In this document: piece by piece, positions 8,399 through 17,275 of the stretch
Layout: each line of letters starts with the position of its first letter
How positions within the stretch are numbered: the stretch's first letter is position 1
Source: an uncultured virus (IMG/VR IMGVR_UViG_3300042868_002089)
Lineage: Duplodnaviria > Heunggongvirae > Uroviricota > Caudoviricetes
Direction: 5' to 3' (one strand)
DNA: 64,000 bases
IMG/VR virus record: IMGVR_UViG_3300042868_002089
Notes under the pieces: model-generated
The model's database searches: none
What the model saw: the letters and a program-made list of their open reading frames with translations, nothing else
What the model was told of the DNA's origin: nothing
Program-made: the position numbers and the translations under genes

Positions 8399-8679
8399 GC
8401 AAGACAGCAGACATTTTCGGTAAGTCATACGCCGTATATGAACCAGAGGTGGACATAACAGGCAAATGGAATCTACGCAGGGTAGATAAGACACGCACCG
8501 ATGGTGGGTGGGAAATCATGGAGGTGTACTACGACAGCAAGGATCGCCCCGTTGGGGCGTGTGCGTTCTCGGTCTCTAAATCAGAGAGCGCTAACTTCAC
8601 AGATGTGATCGGGATGCTTCAGTCAGCGCAAGCCAAGCCTGTACTGAAGTTGGCGAAAGATGGCAAGTTCATTATTTAA
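8395..8679 (+). CDS. Early hypothetical protein
   Basis: 94 aa; RBS AAGGAGAAAGCAA; ATGA overlap. Confidence 0.8.
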   Translation: MSKTADIFGKSYAVYEPEVDITGKWNLRRVDKTRTDGGWEIMEVYYDSKDRPVGACAFSVSKSESANFTDVIGMLQSAQAKPVLKLAKDGKFII

Positions 8680-8690
8680 GGAGAAAGCAA

Positions 8691-8915
8691 ATGACTAAAG
8701 CCAAACACAAGACCAACATCCAGTTGGTCACAGACCTCATGTCGCACTCACAGCAGGGCGCTCTCATGCAGGCGTTCATCATCGAGGCGATATCCAAGTA
8801 CTCAGAACAAACCAAAGTCTCACCGCCTTGGTCTAACCAAAGCTTCATCAGCGAGGCCGCATGGCGTGCGTGTGCTGACGAGGCGCTCGAAGCAATCAAC
8901 AACAGGAGTAAGTGA
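8691..8915 (+). CDS. Early hypothetical protein
   Basis: 74 aa; RBS AAGGAGAAAGCAA. Confidence 0.8.
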   Translation: MTKAKHKTNIQLVTDLMSHSQQGALMQAFIIEAISKYSEQTKVSPPWSNQSFISEAAWRACADEALEAINNRSK

Positions 8916-8916
8916 A

Positions 8917-9156
8917 ATGAGAGTAGTAAAAATCCGTGTGTTCGGCACATACAAACAGCCGTTCAACAATGCGTTCAAAGCAGACTGTATTGTCCTGCCC
9001 GCTGAGTTATCAGACTCGATGCGTGATGAGGTGTTACGCAAGCATGACGATTTGTTCTTTGTGTTCACCTCTGGTGATCCGATCGTGGGTGAGCACCACA
9101 CCTTCGAGGTGTATTCGTTCGATGTAATTAGTGAAGAGGAGGTAGCCCTCGCCTGA
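8917..9156 (+). CDS. Early hypothetical protein
   Basis: MRVVKIRVFG...; RBS AGGAG. Confidence 0.7.
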   Translation: MRVVKIRVFGTYKQPFNNAFKADCIVLPAELSDSMRDEVLRKHDDLFFVFTSGDPIVGEHHTFEVYSFDVISEEEVALA

Positions 9157-9189
9157 GCAACAGGCGTGTTCGTTAGTGTGTTAGTTCAA

Positions 9190-9208
9190 CGGGGACACCA
9201 TGTCCCCG
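9190..9208. repeat. GGGGACA-type palindrome copy 6
   Basis: CGGGGACA-cca-TGTCCCCG upstream of the amidoligase gene. Confidence 0.75.
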
Positions 9209-9245
9209 ATGTGTATTTATTTTTTTATAACTCAAGGAGAAGTAT

Positions 9246-11315
9246 ATGTTTACATTTACAAAGTTCGTTGTGGTTGATTCTGTTGACCGCACCACAGGTA
9301 TGCTGCTTGTGTCGTTCAGCAACAAGTACGCTTTGTACAACGCCAGTCGGCGTCGTGTTATGACTGATGTGATGCGTGCCGACAGTGGTGTTGACCCTAT
9401 CACTCTCATCAATAACGCTCAGTTTGGTATCTGGTTTCATGGCAGTAACTATCGCATGAGCCCTGTTCATGCAGTCGAGACGCTGTCGTTTCCCGATGCG
9501 CTTCTGTACGCCAGTGACCGCTACGATATCCACCAGATGATGCGTGCTGTGCTTCGGCCTGCCAGTGCTTCAGATGCGCGTATCCACCCAGTTGATCGCC
9601 GTCTTATCAATCAGCGTGTCGAGGTCATCGTTGATAAGTACATAGCCAAGCAGACAGGCAATGTGGCAACCATCTCGCCACACGCTAGGTTCAAGGGCGG
9701 GTACTACTACCTTCCGTCTACACTCCTTGCCGCACGCAATGCGTTCCGTGAGTTCGGTCACTTGGTTGCTCGTGCCAAGGCAGATGATCCGTCAGCCGAC
9801 TCCGATGCACTGCGTGAGGCGTTCTACGAGCTTGACAATCGCTATCACGACTTCGATACGCATATCAACAGCGCGTTCTGTGCTCTCGAGGACTTCGGTC
9901 TTGGCATTGTGCACTGTGACTGCGGTCACTACGAAAGCGATGAGAACACGCACGATGTGCGTAACGACACATGGTGTGACTCGTGCTTCGATGATGACGC
10001 TGTGTTCTGCGAGGATGAGAACGAGTACTGGCCTCGTGATGACTGCTACTACTCTGAGTCTCGTGATGCGTACTACTCGTATGATCGTGATGGCGAAGAT
10101 GATGACGATGATGAAGATCGCAACCAACCGATCATGTCGTACTCAACCAATGTGCTCGATGTTATTGGCAATGAGTCAGGCATCAGGTCGTCTCACTTCG
10201 GTGAGTTCACGATGGGCATCGAGCTTGAGATGACTTCGGGTGATGACTACAGCGAGTCAGCCGCTGAGTCTGTGCGTAGCCGTCTCGGTTCCTCATACTG
10301 CATCATCAAGAGTGACGGCTCGCTTCCATCCAATGGCTTCGAGGTCGTGACTTCACCGCATGGTCTTGCCACGCACATCGAGAAGTTCAAGACTTGGGAC
10401 ATTGACCCAGCCTATCGTGCATGGAACACAGGCAAGTGCGGTATGCACGTACACATTGACTCTCGTGCGTTCACTCAGATGACGCTTGGCAAGTTCTTGA
10501 TGTTCATCAACAGCAATGGCAATGTCGACTTCATTCGCAAGATTGCAGGTCGCCATCCATCTGTCGATGACCAAGCCCGTAGCTACTGCGCCGCTGAGCA
10601 CCAGTCCATCCTTGTCAACCCCAAGCAGGCTGTCAAGGGCAAGTCGGGTGAGCGCTATCGCATGGTCAACCTGTGCAATCTCGGTAGCCGTGAGGCTATA
10701 CGCTTGGGTCTTAGCATGGACAACAGCTACAACGGCAGGTACAACACTGTCGAGCTTCGCATCTTCCGTGCTTCGCTCAAGAAGGAACGTCTGCTTGCAC
10801 AGATCGAGTTCACTCATGCGTCTGTCATGTTCTGCCGTGTCGCATCGTGGCGTGATCTCAACGGCACATCGTTCGTCAAGTGGCTCAAGACTGTGGCAGG
10901 TCAGTACCCTGCGCTAGTCAAGTGGTATGGCGTGCGTGCTGTGCATGGTGCATCTAAGCAACCCTCTGCCCCTGCCGAGGTTACTTGCACTGACACTGTG
11001 CCCCCTGTTGTTGCCTTTACAACCCGACGCCCTCACGGGTGTGACCACGAGTATCGGATGGAGATAGCGCATGAGGATGGCGCTGGTATACGTGCCTACG
11101 CTACCCGACACGGGCTGTACTTCACATACTTCAGGGTGATCGGCTTGCAGTTGTGTGTGTTCCCGTACAGCGGCAACGATCAGCAGATCGGTGACGAGGA
11201 TGTGATCTACGTGCGTGACAACGATGTGTGGCGTCTGCAAGACGACGACTTCAACTCATTGATTCAGGGTCAGAGCCCTGTGCCTGCCGATGTTGATGGC
11301 AATGCTTCCGTTTAA
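9246..11315 (+). CDS. Putative amidoligase (COOH-NH2 ligase, Amidoligase_2-like) with Cys-rich N-terminal module
   Basis: GIELE, KSDGSL, GFEVVTSP, CGMHVH, RYRMVN, TVELRIF motifs; HCDC and WCDSC Cys pairs. Confidence 0.8.
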   Translation: MFTFTKFVVVDSVDRTTGMLLVSFSNKYALYNASRRRVMTDVMRADSGVDPITLINNAQFGIWFHGSNYRMSPVHAVETLSFPDALLYASDRYDIHQMMRAVLRPASASDARIHPVDRRLINQRVEVIVDKYIAKQTGNVATISPHARFKGGYYYLPSTLLAARNAFREFGHLVARAKADDPSADSDALREAFYELDNRYHDFDTHINSAFCALEDFGLGIVHCDCGHYESDENTHDVRNDTWCDSCFDDDAVFCEDENEYWPRDDCYYSESRDAYYSYDRDGEDDDDDEDRNQPIMSYSTNVLDVIGNESGIRSSHFGEFTMGIELEMTSGDDYSESAAESVRSRLGSSYCIIKSDGSLPSNGFEVVTSPHGLATHIEKFKTWDIDPAYRAWNTGKCGMHVHIDSRAFTQMTLGKFLMFINSNGNVDFIRKIAGRHPSVDDQARSYCAAEHQSILVNPKQAVKGKSGERYRMVNLCNLGSREAIRLGLSMDNSYNGRYNTVELRIFRASLKKERLLAQIEFTHASVMFCRVASWRDLNGTSFVKWLKTVAGQYPALVKWYGVRAVHGASKQPSAPAEVTCTDTVPPVVAFTTRRPHGCDHEYRMEIAHEDGAGIRAYATRHGLYFTYFRVIGLQLCVFPYSGNDQQIGDEDVIYVRDNDVWRLQDDDFNSLIQGQSPVPADVDGNASV

Positions 11316-11331
11316 TTCAACAACAACCATC

Positions 11332-11358
11332 GGGGACAACCTGTCCCCATTCTTTTTT
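11332..11358. repeat. GGGGACA-type palindrome copy 7 with T tract
   Basis: GGGGACA-acc-TGTCCCC attctttttt. Confidence 0.75.
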
Positions 11359-11375
11359 ACCTCAAGGAGTTTATT

Positions 11376-12485
11376 ATGTGTTTAATCATTACAGGTCAGT
11401 CTTCCAAAGTTCGTTCAACCCTGCTCGACACGCACGGGTTACTCAGCGACATCTTCACATCCAACCCTGACGGCATTGGGTTCATGTACGGCACAGCCAA
11501 GGGGCTCAAGGTCACCAAGTCCTTGCCCAAGAATCTCGGCGATGCTTCTGCATTCATTCAGCGCTTGCCTCAAGACGATCGTGAGATTGCTATCCACTTC
11601 CGCTGGACTACACACGGCAAGACCGATATGCTCAACTGCCATCCATACGATGTGATCCCTGGCTTCATCGCCATGATGCACAACGGCGTACTGCATACAG
11701 GCAATGCCGCTGACACGTCCAAGTCTGACACATGGCACTTCATCAAGGACTACTTGCACAGCGCTGTGTCCTCTGCCCCTGACCTTGTGTATGACGCAGG
11801 CTTCGTTGCTATGCTCGAGGAGTTCATCGGCAACAACCGCTTCGTGTTCATGAATGGCGAGGGTCGTATGCAGCACGTCAACTTCGATCAGGGTATCGAG
11901 CACGATGACTTGTGGTTCAGCAATACCTATGCGTGGACACCATCACGCCTGATCCCAAGCTACAAGAGCACGACTGCACTCAAGTCGTACAAGTACACCA
12001 GTGCATACGGCGGCTACATGGATGACGAGTACGACGAGATGTATGACTACAACGCTAGCTTCAACGTCAAGCCCCGTGGTATCAGCGCACACAGCGCCAA
12101 CTACGACGAGACAGCGTACGACTTTCCTGATGACGAGGATGGCTTCGTTCAGCCAACACCTGAAGACCTTGCTGTTGCACTGACCGAGGCTGACGTTGAG
12201 ACGATGGAGATATGGCTTGACCAGATGCCTGCGTACACGCTGACTACTGTGCTCCACTTGTTCCAGCCTGAGCCACTCACGTACACACATCGTGACGACT
12301 TGTGCGTTGCCGAGCAGGGCATCTACGATATGCTGATGGAGGGCGATGCGTCTGGTCTTATCAGCATGGCTACCAAGTCGTATGGTGCGGTCAGTACTAT
12401 CGCTGAGGTCGTGTGTTACTACCTGCAATGGGATGTGCGCAAGCCTGTGTCATTCAAGCCAACCTTGCCTGCACTGTTGACTTGA
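11376..12485 (+). CDS. Class II (Ntn) glutamine amidotransferase
   Basis: N-terminal MC, NPDGIG, HFRWTTHG, NCHPY, HNG, SDT motifs. Confidence 0.9.
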   Translation: MCLIITGQSSKVRSTLLDTHGLLSDIFTSNPDGIGFMYGTAKGLKVTKSLPKNLGDASAFIQRLPQDDREIAIHFRWTTHGKTDMLNCHPYDVIPGFIAMMHNGVLHTGNAADTSKSDTWHFIKDYLHSAVSSAPDLVYDAGFVAMLEEFIGNNRFVFMNGEGRMQHVNFDQGIEHDDLWFSNTYAWTPSRLIPSYKSTTALKSYKYTSAYGGYMDDEYDEMYDYNASFNVKPRGISAHSANYDETAYDFPDDEDGFVQPTPEDLAVALTEADVETMEIWLDQMPAYTLTTVLHLFQPEPLTYTHRDDLCVAEQGIYDMLMEGDASGLISMATKSYGAVSTIAEVVCYYLQWDVRKPVSFKPTLPALLT

Positions 12486-12491
12486 TTTGTA

Positions 12492-12517
12492 GTGGGGGGC
12501 TTGCCCCCCACATTTTT
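12492..12517 (+). terminator. Rho-independent terminator
   Basis: GTGGGGGG-cttg-CCCCCCAC-ATTTTT. Confidence 0.7.
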
Positions 12518-12528
12518 AAGGAGGATGT

Positions 12529-12795
12529 ATGAAACTTTTTACTTCTAAGCTTGACCGAATACCCAACGACAAAAAGGAGCCGCTGTACACATTGGAAGAG
12601 ATAGCCGACAGGCTTGGCGTTGAGCACAAGGTGCTGAAGAGCCTTATTAGCAGGAGTAGTAGGGTGTGCCCATCACCTAAAGCTGTGCTTATAGCCAGAT
12701 CACATAGTCAGATGACTAAGAAGTTATACATGCTGTCTGAATACAAAGCATGGTTTAAACAACGGCAAGACAGTATCAAAGGAGAAAGCAAATGA
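12529..12795 (+). CDS. Small HTH DNA-binding protein (excisionase/MerR-like)
   Basis: LYTLEEIADRLGV pattern. Confidence 0.55.
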   Translation: MKLFTSKLDRIPNDKKEPLYTLEEIADRLGVEHKVLKSLISRSSRVCPSPKAVLIARSHSQMTKKLYMLSEYKAWFKQRQDSIKGESK

Positions 12796-13274
12796 GAAAG
12801 ACAGGGTGGGATCCACCTGCGCTGATGCAGGATGACCACGGAGGGCTAAGCAGATGGTTTGCTACACGCCCTGATGCACGCTATGTTTTTATTAAAAACC
12901 AAAGGAGAAAGCAAATGAAATACAAAATGGAAATAGTCATGTCCTACTGGCAGACAGTAGTGATCGAAGCCGACAGCCGTGCCGATGCTGAGAACAGGGC
13001 GCTCTACGAGTTTGACATCAGCAAGGCACGCATGGGGGATGGTGAGGTGTATGACACAAAGATTGTCTATGAGCCTACGCCAGAAGAGAATGCCTTCTTG
13101 GAAGCATACCTTCGGAATGTTGCCTCTGCATCACGAGACGAAGTGCTGATGTTCCTTGAATACGTGGTCGATGGGGGCATAAACAAAGACAGCTATCACT
13201 GGTGGTCAGGCGTGGAAGACGCATGGCTTATGTGGAAAGACGCTAAGAAATTTTTACAAGGAGAAATCAAATGA
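12792..13274 (+). CDS. Hypothetical protein with a second in-frame start at 12915
   Basis: Two identical RBS-start units AAGGAGAAAGCAAATG in the same frame. Confidence 0.75.
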   Translation: MRKTGWDPPALMQDDHGGLSRWFATRPDARYVFIKNQRRKQMKYKMEIVMSYWQTVVIEADSRADAENRALYEFDISKARMGDGEVYDTKIVYEPTPEENAFLEAYLRNVASASRDEVLMFLEYVVDGGINKDSYHWWSGVEDAWLMWKDAKKFLQGEIK

Positions 13275-13453
13275 AAGTATCAGACACCACAGCGCTACAC
13301 CTGCGCTGTATCGAGGCAGACCTGCGGGACTACCTTATGAACCCTGCCGAGTACCGAGTCACGCACCTTGAGGACATTCATGTCTTGTTGCTCGAGGTCA
13401 TGCGCACACTTGGCGTTGCACCTACAACCGAAGGAGAAAACAATGATGACTAA
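13271..13453 (+). CDS. Hypothetical protein
   Basis: 60 aa; RBS AAGGAGAA. Confidence 0.75.
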   Translation: MKVSDTTALHLRCIEADLRDYLMNPAEYRVTHLEDIHVLLLEVMRTLGVAPTTEGENNDD

Positions 13454-13535
13454 CTGGGAAAAGTTCGAAAGAATAGTACTTTTGTTGGCGGTAATTGTAC
13501 TTATTGCCGATATTTTTTATTGGCGAGGGTATTGA
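13443..13535 (+). CDS. 30-aa single-TM peptide (missing from ORF track)
   Basis: MMTNWEKFERIVLLLAVIVLIADIFYWRGY; RBS AAGGAGAA. Confidence 0.65.
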   Translation: MMTNWEKFERIVLLLAVIVLIADIFYWRGY

Positions 13536-13561
13536 CTTATGTCCAACCCTAGACAAATAAT
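13532..13561 (+). promoter_or_regulatory. Sigma70-like promoter with operator copy 2 in its spacer
   Basis: TTGACT-18bp-AATAAT; TGTCCAACCCTAGACA at 13540-13555. Confidence 0.6.
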
Positions 13562-13585
13562 GTACCCCCAAGGAGAAATAACTAA

Positions 13586-13795
13586 ATGAAACACACACCT
13601 TACGATACGGGCAAGGTCAAGATTGGCTTGCTCTACACACCCCCTACCCCCATACCTACGCCCGAGGAGACTTGGGTGCAATCTATCCTGTTAGGCGACA
13701 AGCAGGGATGGTCAGAAGATACACGCACTTGCGTGCTTTCCGTAGCGGCTCTCGCCGCAATTTTTATTGTCATGCTACTAACAGGAGGAATCTAA
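13586..13795 (+). CDS. Small membrane protein
   Basis: PYDTGKVKIG N-terminus, C-terminal TM helix; RBS AAGGAGAA. Confidence 0.75.
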   Translation: MKHTPYDTGKVKIGLLYTPPTPIPTPEETWVQSILLGDKQGWSEDTRTCVLSVAALAAIFIVMLLTGGI

Positions 13796-14449
13796 ATGCC
13801 TGACATTCAAACTGCCCTGCGCTCTGCGCTAACTAAGACTCTGCAAGCTTGGGATGATGACGAGGTGGCACCCCCTCCTCCCTCTGCCCAACCAGTGTCA
13901 ACCTCTTCTTCTCCCTCAACTTCAAACCAAAAACCAGCCATGATTAATCAACACAAAATCACAAACAACGTCTCACGCGAAACCTTCAGCTACATCAAGA
14001 ACAACCCCGGCTCCACACGTCTGGAGATCGTCGAAGCGCTTGGGCACAAGGGCTTTGCCAAAGGGTCAGTGTCATCATTGATAGCGCAGATGCGCAGAAG
14101 CTACATGGTTCACGAAACCAACGGCCTGTGGTACGCAGATGTGGATGAGTACGCACCTATCAAGAACGTGAACTACAAGCGGAAAAAGAAAGCCAAGACA
14201 CAGAAGAAGCCTGCGACAGGTATCGGTGCGCTGTTGAAAGCCAAGCTAGAAGCTACGCCTGTGCCTACGCCTATGCCTAGCCAAGATGCGCTTGATGCTG
14301 CAGCGTACGCTATGAGTGGGGTTGAGGTTGCGCCCAAACGCATGGTGACCCTTGTACGTACAAAGACACCCGAAGACATTATTGGCAACATGACTGTGTA
14401 TCAGGCACGTGAGTTGTATGTGCACTTGAAGCAGATGTTTGGAGGTTAA
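13796..14449 (+). CDS. Hypothetical protein, possible winged-helix domain
   Basis: 217 aa; TFSYIKNNPGSTRLEI...SVSSLIAQM pattern. Confidence 0.7.
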   Translation: MPDIQTALRSALTKTLQAWDDDEVAPPPPSAQPVSTSSSPSTSNQKPAMINQHKITNNVSRETFSYIKNNPGSTRLEIVEALGHKGFAKGSVSSLIAQMRRSYMVHETNGLWYADVDEYAPIKNVNYKRKKKAKTQKKPATGIGALLKAKLEATPVPTPMPSQDALDAAAYAMSGVEVAPKRMVTLVRTKTPEDIIGNMTVYQARELYVHLKQMFGG

Positions 14450-14450
14450 G

Positions 14451-14660
14451 ATGGACATACTAGCGTTTCCACAAGGCGATAAAGTCACTACCGCAATTTC
14501 AATTGCAAACAGTCAAGGCATGACCCTGCGTGACTACTTTGCGGCTAAGGCTATGCAAGCAATTGTTAGCAAGGAAGTAAGCCACGTATCGTGGGTTGAT
14601 GAATACGCAAAGAACGCATACAAGATGGCAGACGCAATGCTGAAAGCGAGGGGAGCATGA
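14451..14660 (+). CDS. Conserved phage protein
   Basis: GMTLRDYFAAKAMQ...AYKMADAMLKAR motif common in phages. Confidence 0.8.
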   Translation: MDILAFPQGDKVTTAISIANSQGMTLRDYFAAKAMQAIVSKEVSHVSWVDEYAKNAYKMADAMLKARGA

Positions 14661-14908
14661 AAGAAATTAACATCACAATTTATACCAAGGCAAACTGCCC
14701 CAACTGCATAACAGCCAAGCTCGTACTGGGTTCGCTCAACTTACCATTCAATGAGGTGGACATCGAGGTGGGCGACCGCCTTGGCAACCTGCTCAAAGAG
14801 TTCCCTGATGCGCGTCAGATGCCGCAGATATTCTTCAACGACCAACGCGTGGGTGGCTTGGCAGGACTACAAGCCGCGCTTAAACAACTTGGGAGTGTGC
14901 CGCTATGA
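14657..14908 (+). CDS. Glutaredoxin
   Basis: CPNC active site, MPQIF, VGG. Confidence 0.9.
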   Translation: MKEINITIYTKANCPNCITAKLVLGSLNLPFNEVDIEVGDRLGNLLKEFPDARQMPQIFFNDQRVGGLAGLQAALKQLGSVPL

Positions 14909-15291
14909 CTACAGAAAAAGATTGGGTAACAAAGGCAGGCTACCGCGCTGTGGTGTGCGCTACCCCCATGGGACACCGCTGTGGGTACGTGGCAATACCG
15001 GTAGGGCATAAGCTTTACGGCGTTGCGTATGATGATGCTGACGTTGATGTACATGGCGGCCTGACCTTTGCAGGGGGCAACGGCAAATACCCTGTTGAAG
15101 CTGCCGACTTGTGGTGGTTCGGCTATGACTGCGCACACCTTGGTGATGCGCGTGACCCTGAGTTGATGGCCCCCGAGTACAAAAGCATAAGCGCGTTGTC
15201 GTTGCGGTTCGAAGGTGATGTCATTAGATCACTGGACTTCTGCATTGATGAGTGTGAATCGCTGGCTACGCAATTAAAGGAGGTTGTATGA
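14905..15291 (+). CDS. Conserved phage protein
   Basis: CGYV, VHGGLT, WWFGYDCAH motifs. Confidence 0.8.
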   Translation: MTTEKDWVTKAGYRAVVCATPMGHRCGYVAIPVGHKLYGVAYDDADVDVHGGLTFAGGNGKYPVEAADLWWFGYDCAHLGDARDPELMAPEYKSISALSLRFEGDVIRSLDFCIDECESLATQLKEVV

Positions 15292-15548
15292 CCGACAAAC
15301 CCAAAACACTCAACCCTTGGGAAGAACTTGCACAAGTAGACAGGCCGAGTATTTTTGCAACCGACCAATACTTTCGTGCGCGTAACCCAAGCAATCAACT
15401 CAAAAGCAAAGAAGACCTAGGCTATAAACAGTTCGGCACGTTCACGCGAGCCAAAGAACGACAGCCAAACAAACACGAAGGAGTTTTAACAGATGCCAAG
15501 ACCAAAGCCCCCCGCCCCCCTAAAGGTACGATACGTACGTTTAAGTGA
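15288..15548 (+). CDS. Hypothetical protein
   Basis: 86 aa; RBS AAGGAGG; ATGA overlap. Confidence 0.65.
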   Translation: MTDKPKTLNPWEELAQVDRPSIFATDQYFRARNPSNQLKSKEDLGYKQFGTFTRAKERQPNKHEGVLTDAKTKAPRPPKGTIRTFK

Positions 15549-15714
15549 CAAGCAGTGGATAATTTTTAAACAGCTTGGCGGACTCGATTGGTTGCGTGAG
15601 TTGCTTGACAAGAAAGCGCCCATGCCAAAGAAGTACTACGACAACGAGCTTGAGCGGATACGCAACCCAGCCGATGCCGCCTTTTTAAACAGAAGGAGAG
15701 ACGAGAATGACTAA
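15493..15714 (+). CDS. Small putative DNA-binding protein (ribbon-helix-helix-like)
   Basis: MPRPK...VRLSDKQW...GGLDWLRELLD; RBS AAGGAG. Confidence 0.65.
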   Translation: MPRPKPPAPLKVRYVRLSDKQWIIFKQLGGLDWLRELLDKKAPMPKKYYDNELERIRNPADAAFLNRRRDEND

Positions 15715-15988
15715 GCCACCCATACCGACAAGCGACCAGCTTGATCTGTTTCACGAGACCACGCGCAAGCATGTACAAGCGCTTACAGCCAACGATGTGC
15801 AAGTAGCGGGCACTCACTACAAGGGCAAGGCCATACAACCATGGGACTACATCGTGGGCAACAACCTTGGCTATCTTGAAGGCAACATAGTAAAGTACGT
15901 GTCCCGCTGGAAGGACAAGGGCGGTGTCGATGACCTGAAGAAGGCGCGTCACTACTTAGACAAATTAATAGAAACACAGGAGAAATGA
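15707..15988 (+). CDS. DUF3310 / SaV-like protein
   Basis: QVAGTHY...IQPWD...GNIVKYVSRWKDKGGVDDLKKARHYL. Confidence 0.85.
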   Translation: MTKPPIPTSDQLDLFHETTRKHVQALTANDVQVAGTHYKGKAIQPWDYIVGNNLGYLEGNIVKYVSRWKDKGGVDDLKKARHYLDKLIETQEK

Positions 15989-15989
15989 C

Positions 15990-16217
15990 ATGACCAAAGA
16001 CATTGAAGAAACACGCGCACTCAACAACAAACGCGATCAAGTGGAAGCTGCAGTAGAGATTCTCAAAACCGCAATGGGCACGCAGAAAGTAGACATCGGC
16101 ATATCTGCGCTCATGAGCTACCTGTGCATGCTTGCGTACCACAACGGCTACCCGCTTGACAAGATGGTTGCATACATGGCAACGCTATATGAAATGCATG
16201 GAGCGAAAAACAAATGA
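15990..16217 (+). CDS. Hypothetical protein
   Basis: 75 aa; RBS AGGAGAA. Confidence 0.7.
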   Translation: MTKDIEETRALNNKRDQVEAAVEILKTAMGTQKVDIGISALMSYLCMLAYHNGYPLDKMVAYMATLYEMHGAKNK

Positions 16218-16474
16218 CCTCAGTAGACAAACTCAAGAAGAAAGACTGGGTCGCGTTGCGGCTCTTGTACCTCATACTGGCTTCAGACCCGAGCGCGGCG
16301 GTGTTGCCTGATGTGCAGAAGACAGTTGATCTGTACGGCATGCGCACCATACTGAAAGCGTTTGAGTTGCTCAACCGAGAGATTGCCAACGACGGCAAAA
16401 CTTTTGGGCATCCAGAGGTTAACCTGACAAGGTATGTTGAAGCGAATGGGGGTTACGATGGCTTCGACACCTGA
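16214..16474 (+). CDS. Hypothetical protein
   Basis: 86 aa; ATGA overlap. Confidence 0.7.
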   Translation: MTSVDKLKKKDWVALRLLYLILASDPSAAVLPDVQKTVDLYGMRTILKAFELLNREIANDGKTFGHPEVNLTRYVEANGGYDGFDT

Positions 16475-16769
16475 ATCAAAAGTAAAAGCGAACGTACGGA
16501 AACTACTTGATGAACTCAAAATCTACCACTTCATGCCCCCCGCTAATGGTTTTGGCCGAGCGGGTATACCTGACATCATTGGCTGCATGGACGGACAATT
16601 CATTGCCATCGAATGCAAGGCCGGCAAGGGCACAACCACAGCTCTTCAAGACAGAGAACTCGAAGCCATCCGCAATGCATGGGGTATTGTGTTCATTGCC
16701 CGTGAGCACAACCTTGATGAGCTGAAAACACTACTGGAGCTCAAACGATATGAAATACAAGGACTTTGA
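16458..16769 (+). CDS. VRR-NUC endonuclease / Holliday junction resolvase
   Basis: TPESKVK...GIPDII...AIECKAG...TALQ. Confidence 0.85.
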   Translation: MASTPESKVKANVRKLLDELKIYHFMPPANGFGRAGIPDIIGCMDGQFIAIECKAGKGTTTALQDRELEAIRNAWGIVFIAREHNLDELKTLLELKRYEIQGL

Positions 16770-17046
16770 CGGCTCAATGTCTGAAGCGGAGCTACACAGC
16801 AGGGTGACGGCCATGTCAGACGAAGAGCAAGCCCACTTCAAGCTACTGATCCACAAACTAGTGATGTGCTATGGCGAGGGCAAAGCACAAGGCGTGGTCA
16901 TCGTTGGCCGCGCTGAAGACCAAATAGCAGGAGTCGTTACCCTAAACTGTAACGAGATGGAGGCGTCGCAGCTCATGCTGGCGGCAAACGATTTTTTCGG
17001 CTTTCTAAACTTGCTAGACGCACCACCAAAAGAACACTTTAACTGA
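16750..17046 (+). CDS. Hypothetical protein
   Basis: 98 aa in operon. Confidence 0.7.
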   Translation: MKYKDFDGSMSEAELHSRVTAMSDEEQAHFKLLIHKLVMCYGEGKAQGVVIVGRAEDQIAGVVTLNCNEMEASQLMLAANDFFGFLNLLDAPPKEHFN

Positions 17047-17056
17047 AGGAGAAGCG

Positions 17057-17275
17057 ATGACACAAGATGAAATTTTAGAGGCGCTGCACAAAGTTGTGGC
17101 AGAGAACACGCACTACACAACGTGGACTGTATCAACCCCGCACTTGGTTCTTTTGGTCAACTTAGCCATTGAACAGGAGCGTGAGGCGTGTGCCGACATT
17201 GCTGAGAACTGGAACAGCAATGGGATGCCTAGAACTGGAGTGGCAAATGAAATCAGAGCAAGGGGGCAAGCATGA
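17057..17275 (+). CDS. Conserved phage protein
   Basis: EREACA...IRARG motif; RBS AAGGAGAAGC. Confidence 0.75.
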   Translation: MTQDEILEALHKVVAENTHYTTWTVSTPHLVLLVNLAIEQEREACADIAENWNSNGMPRTGVANEIRARGQA

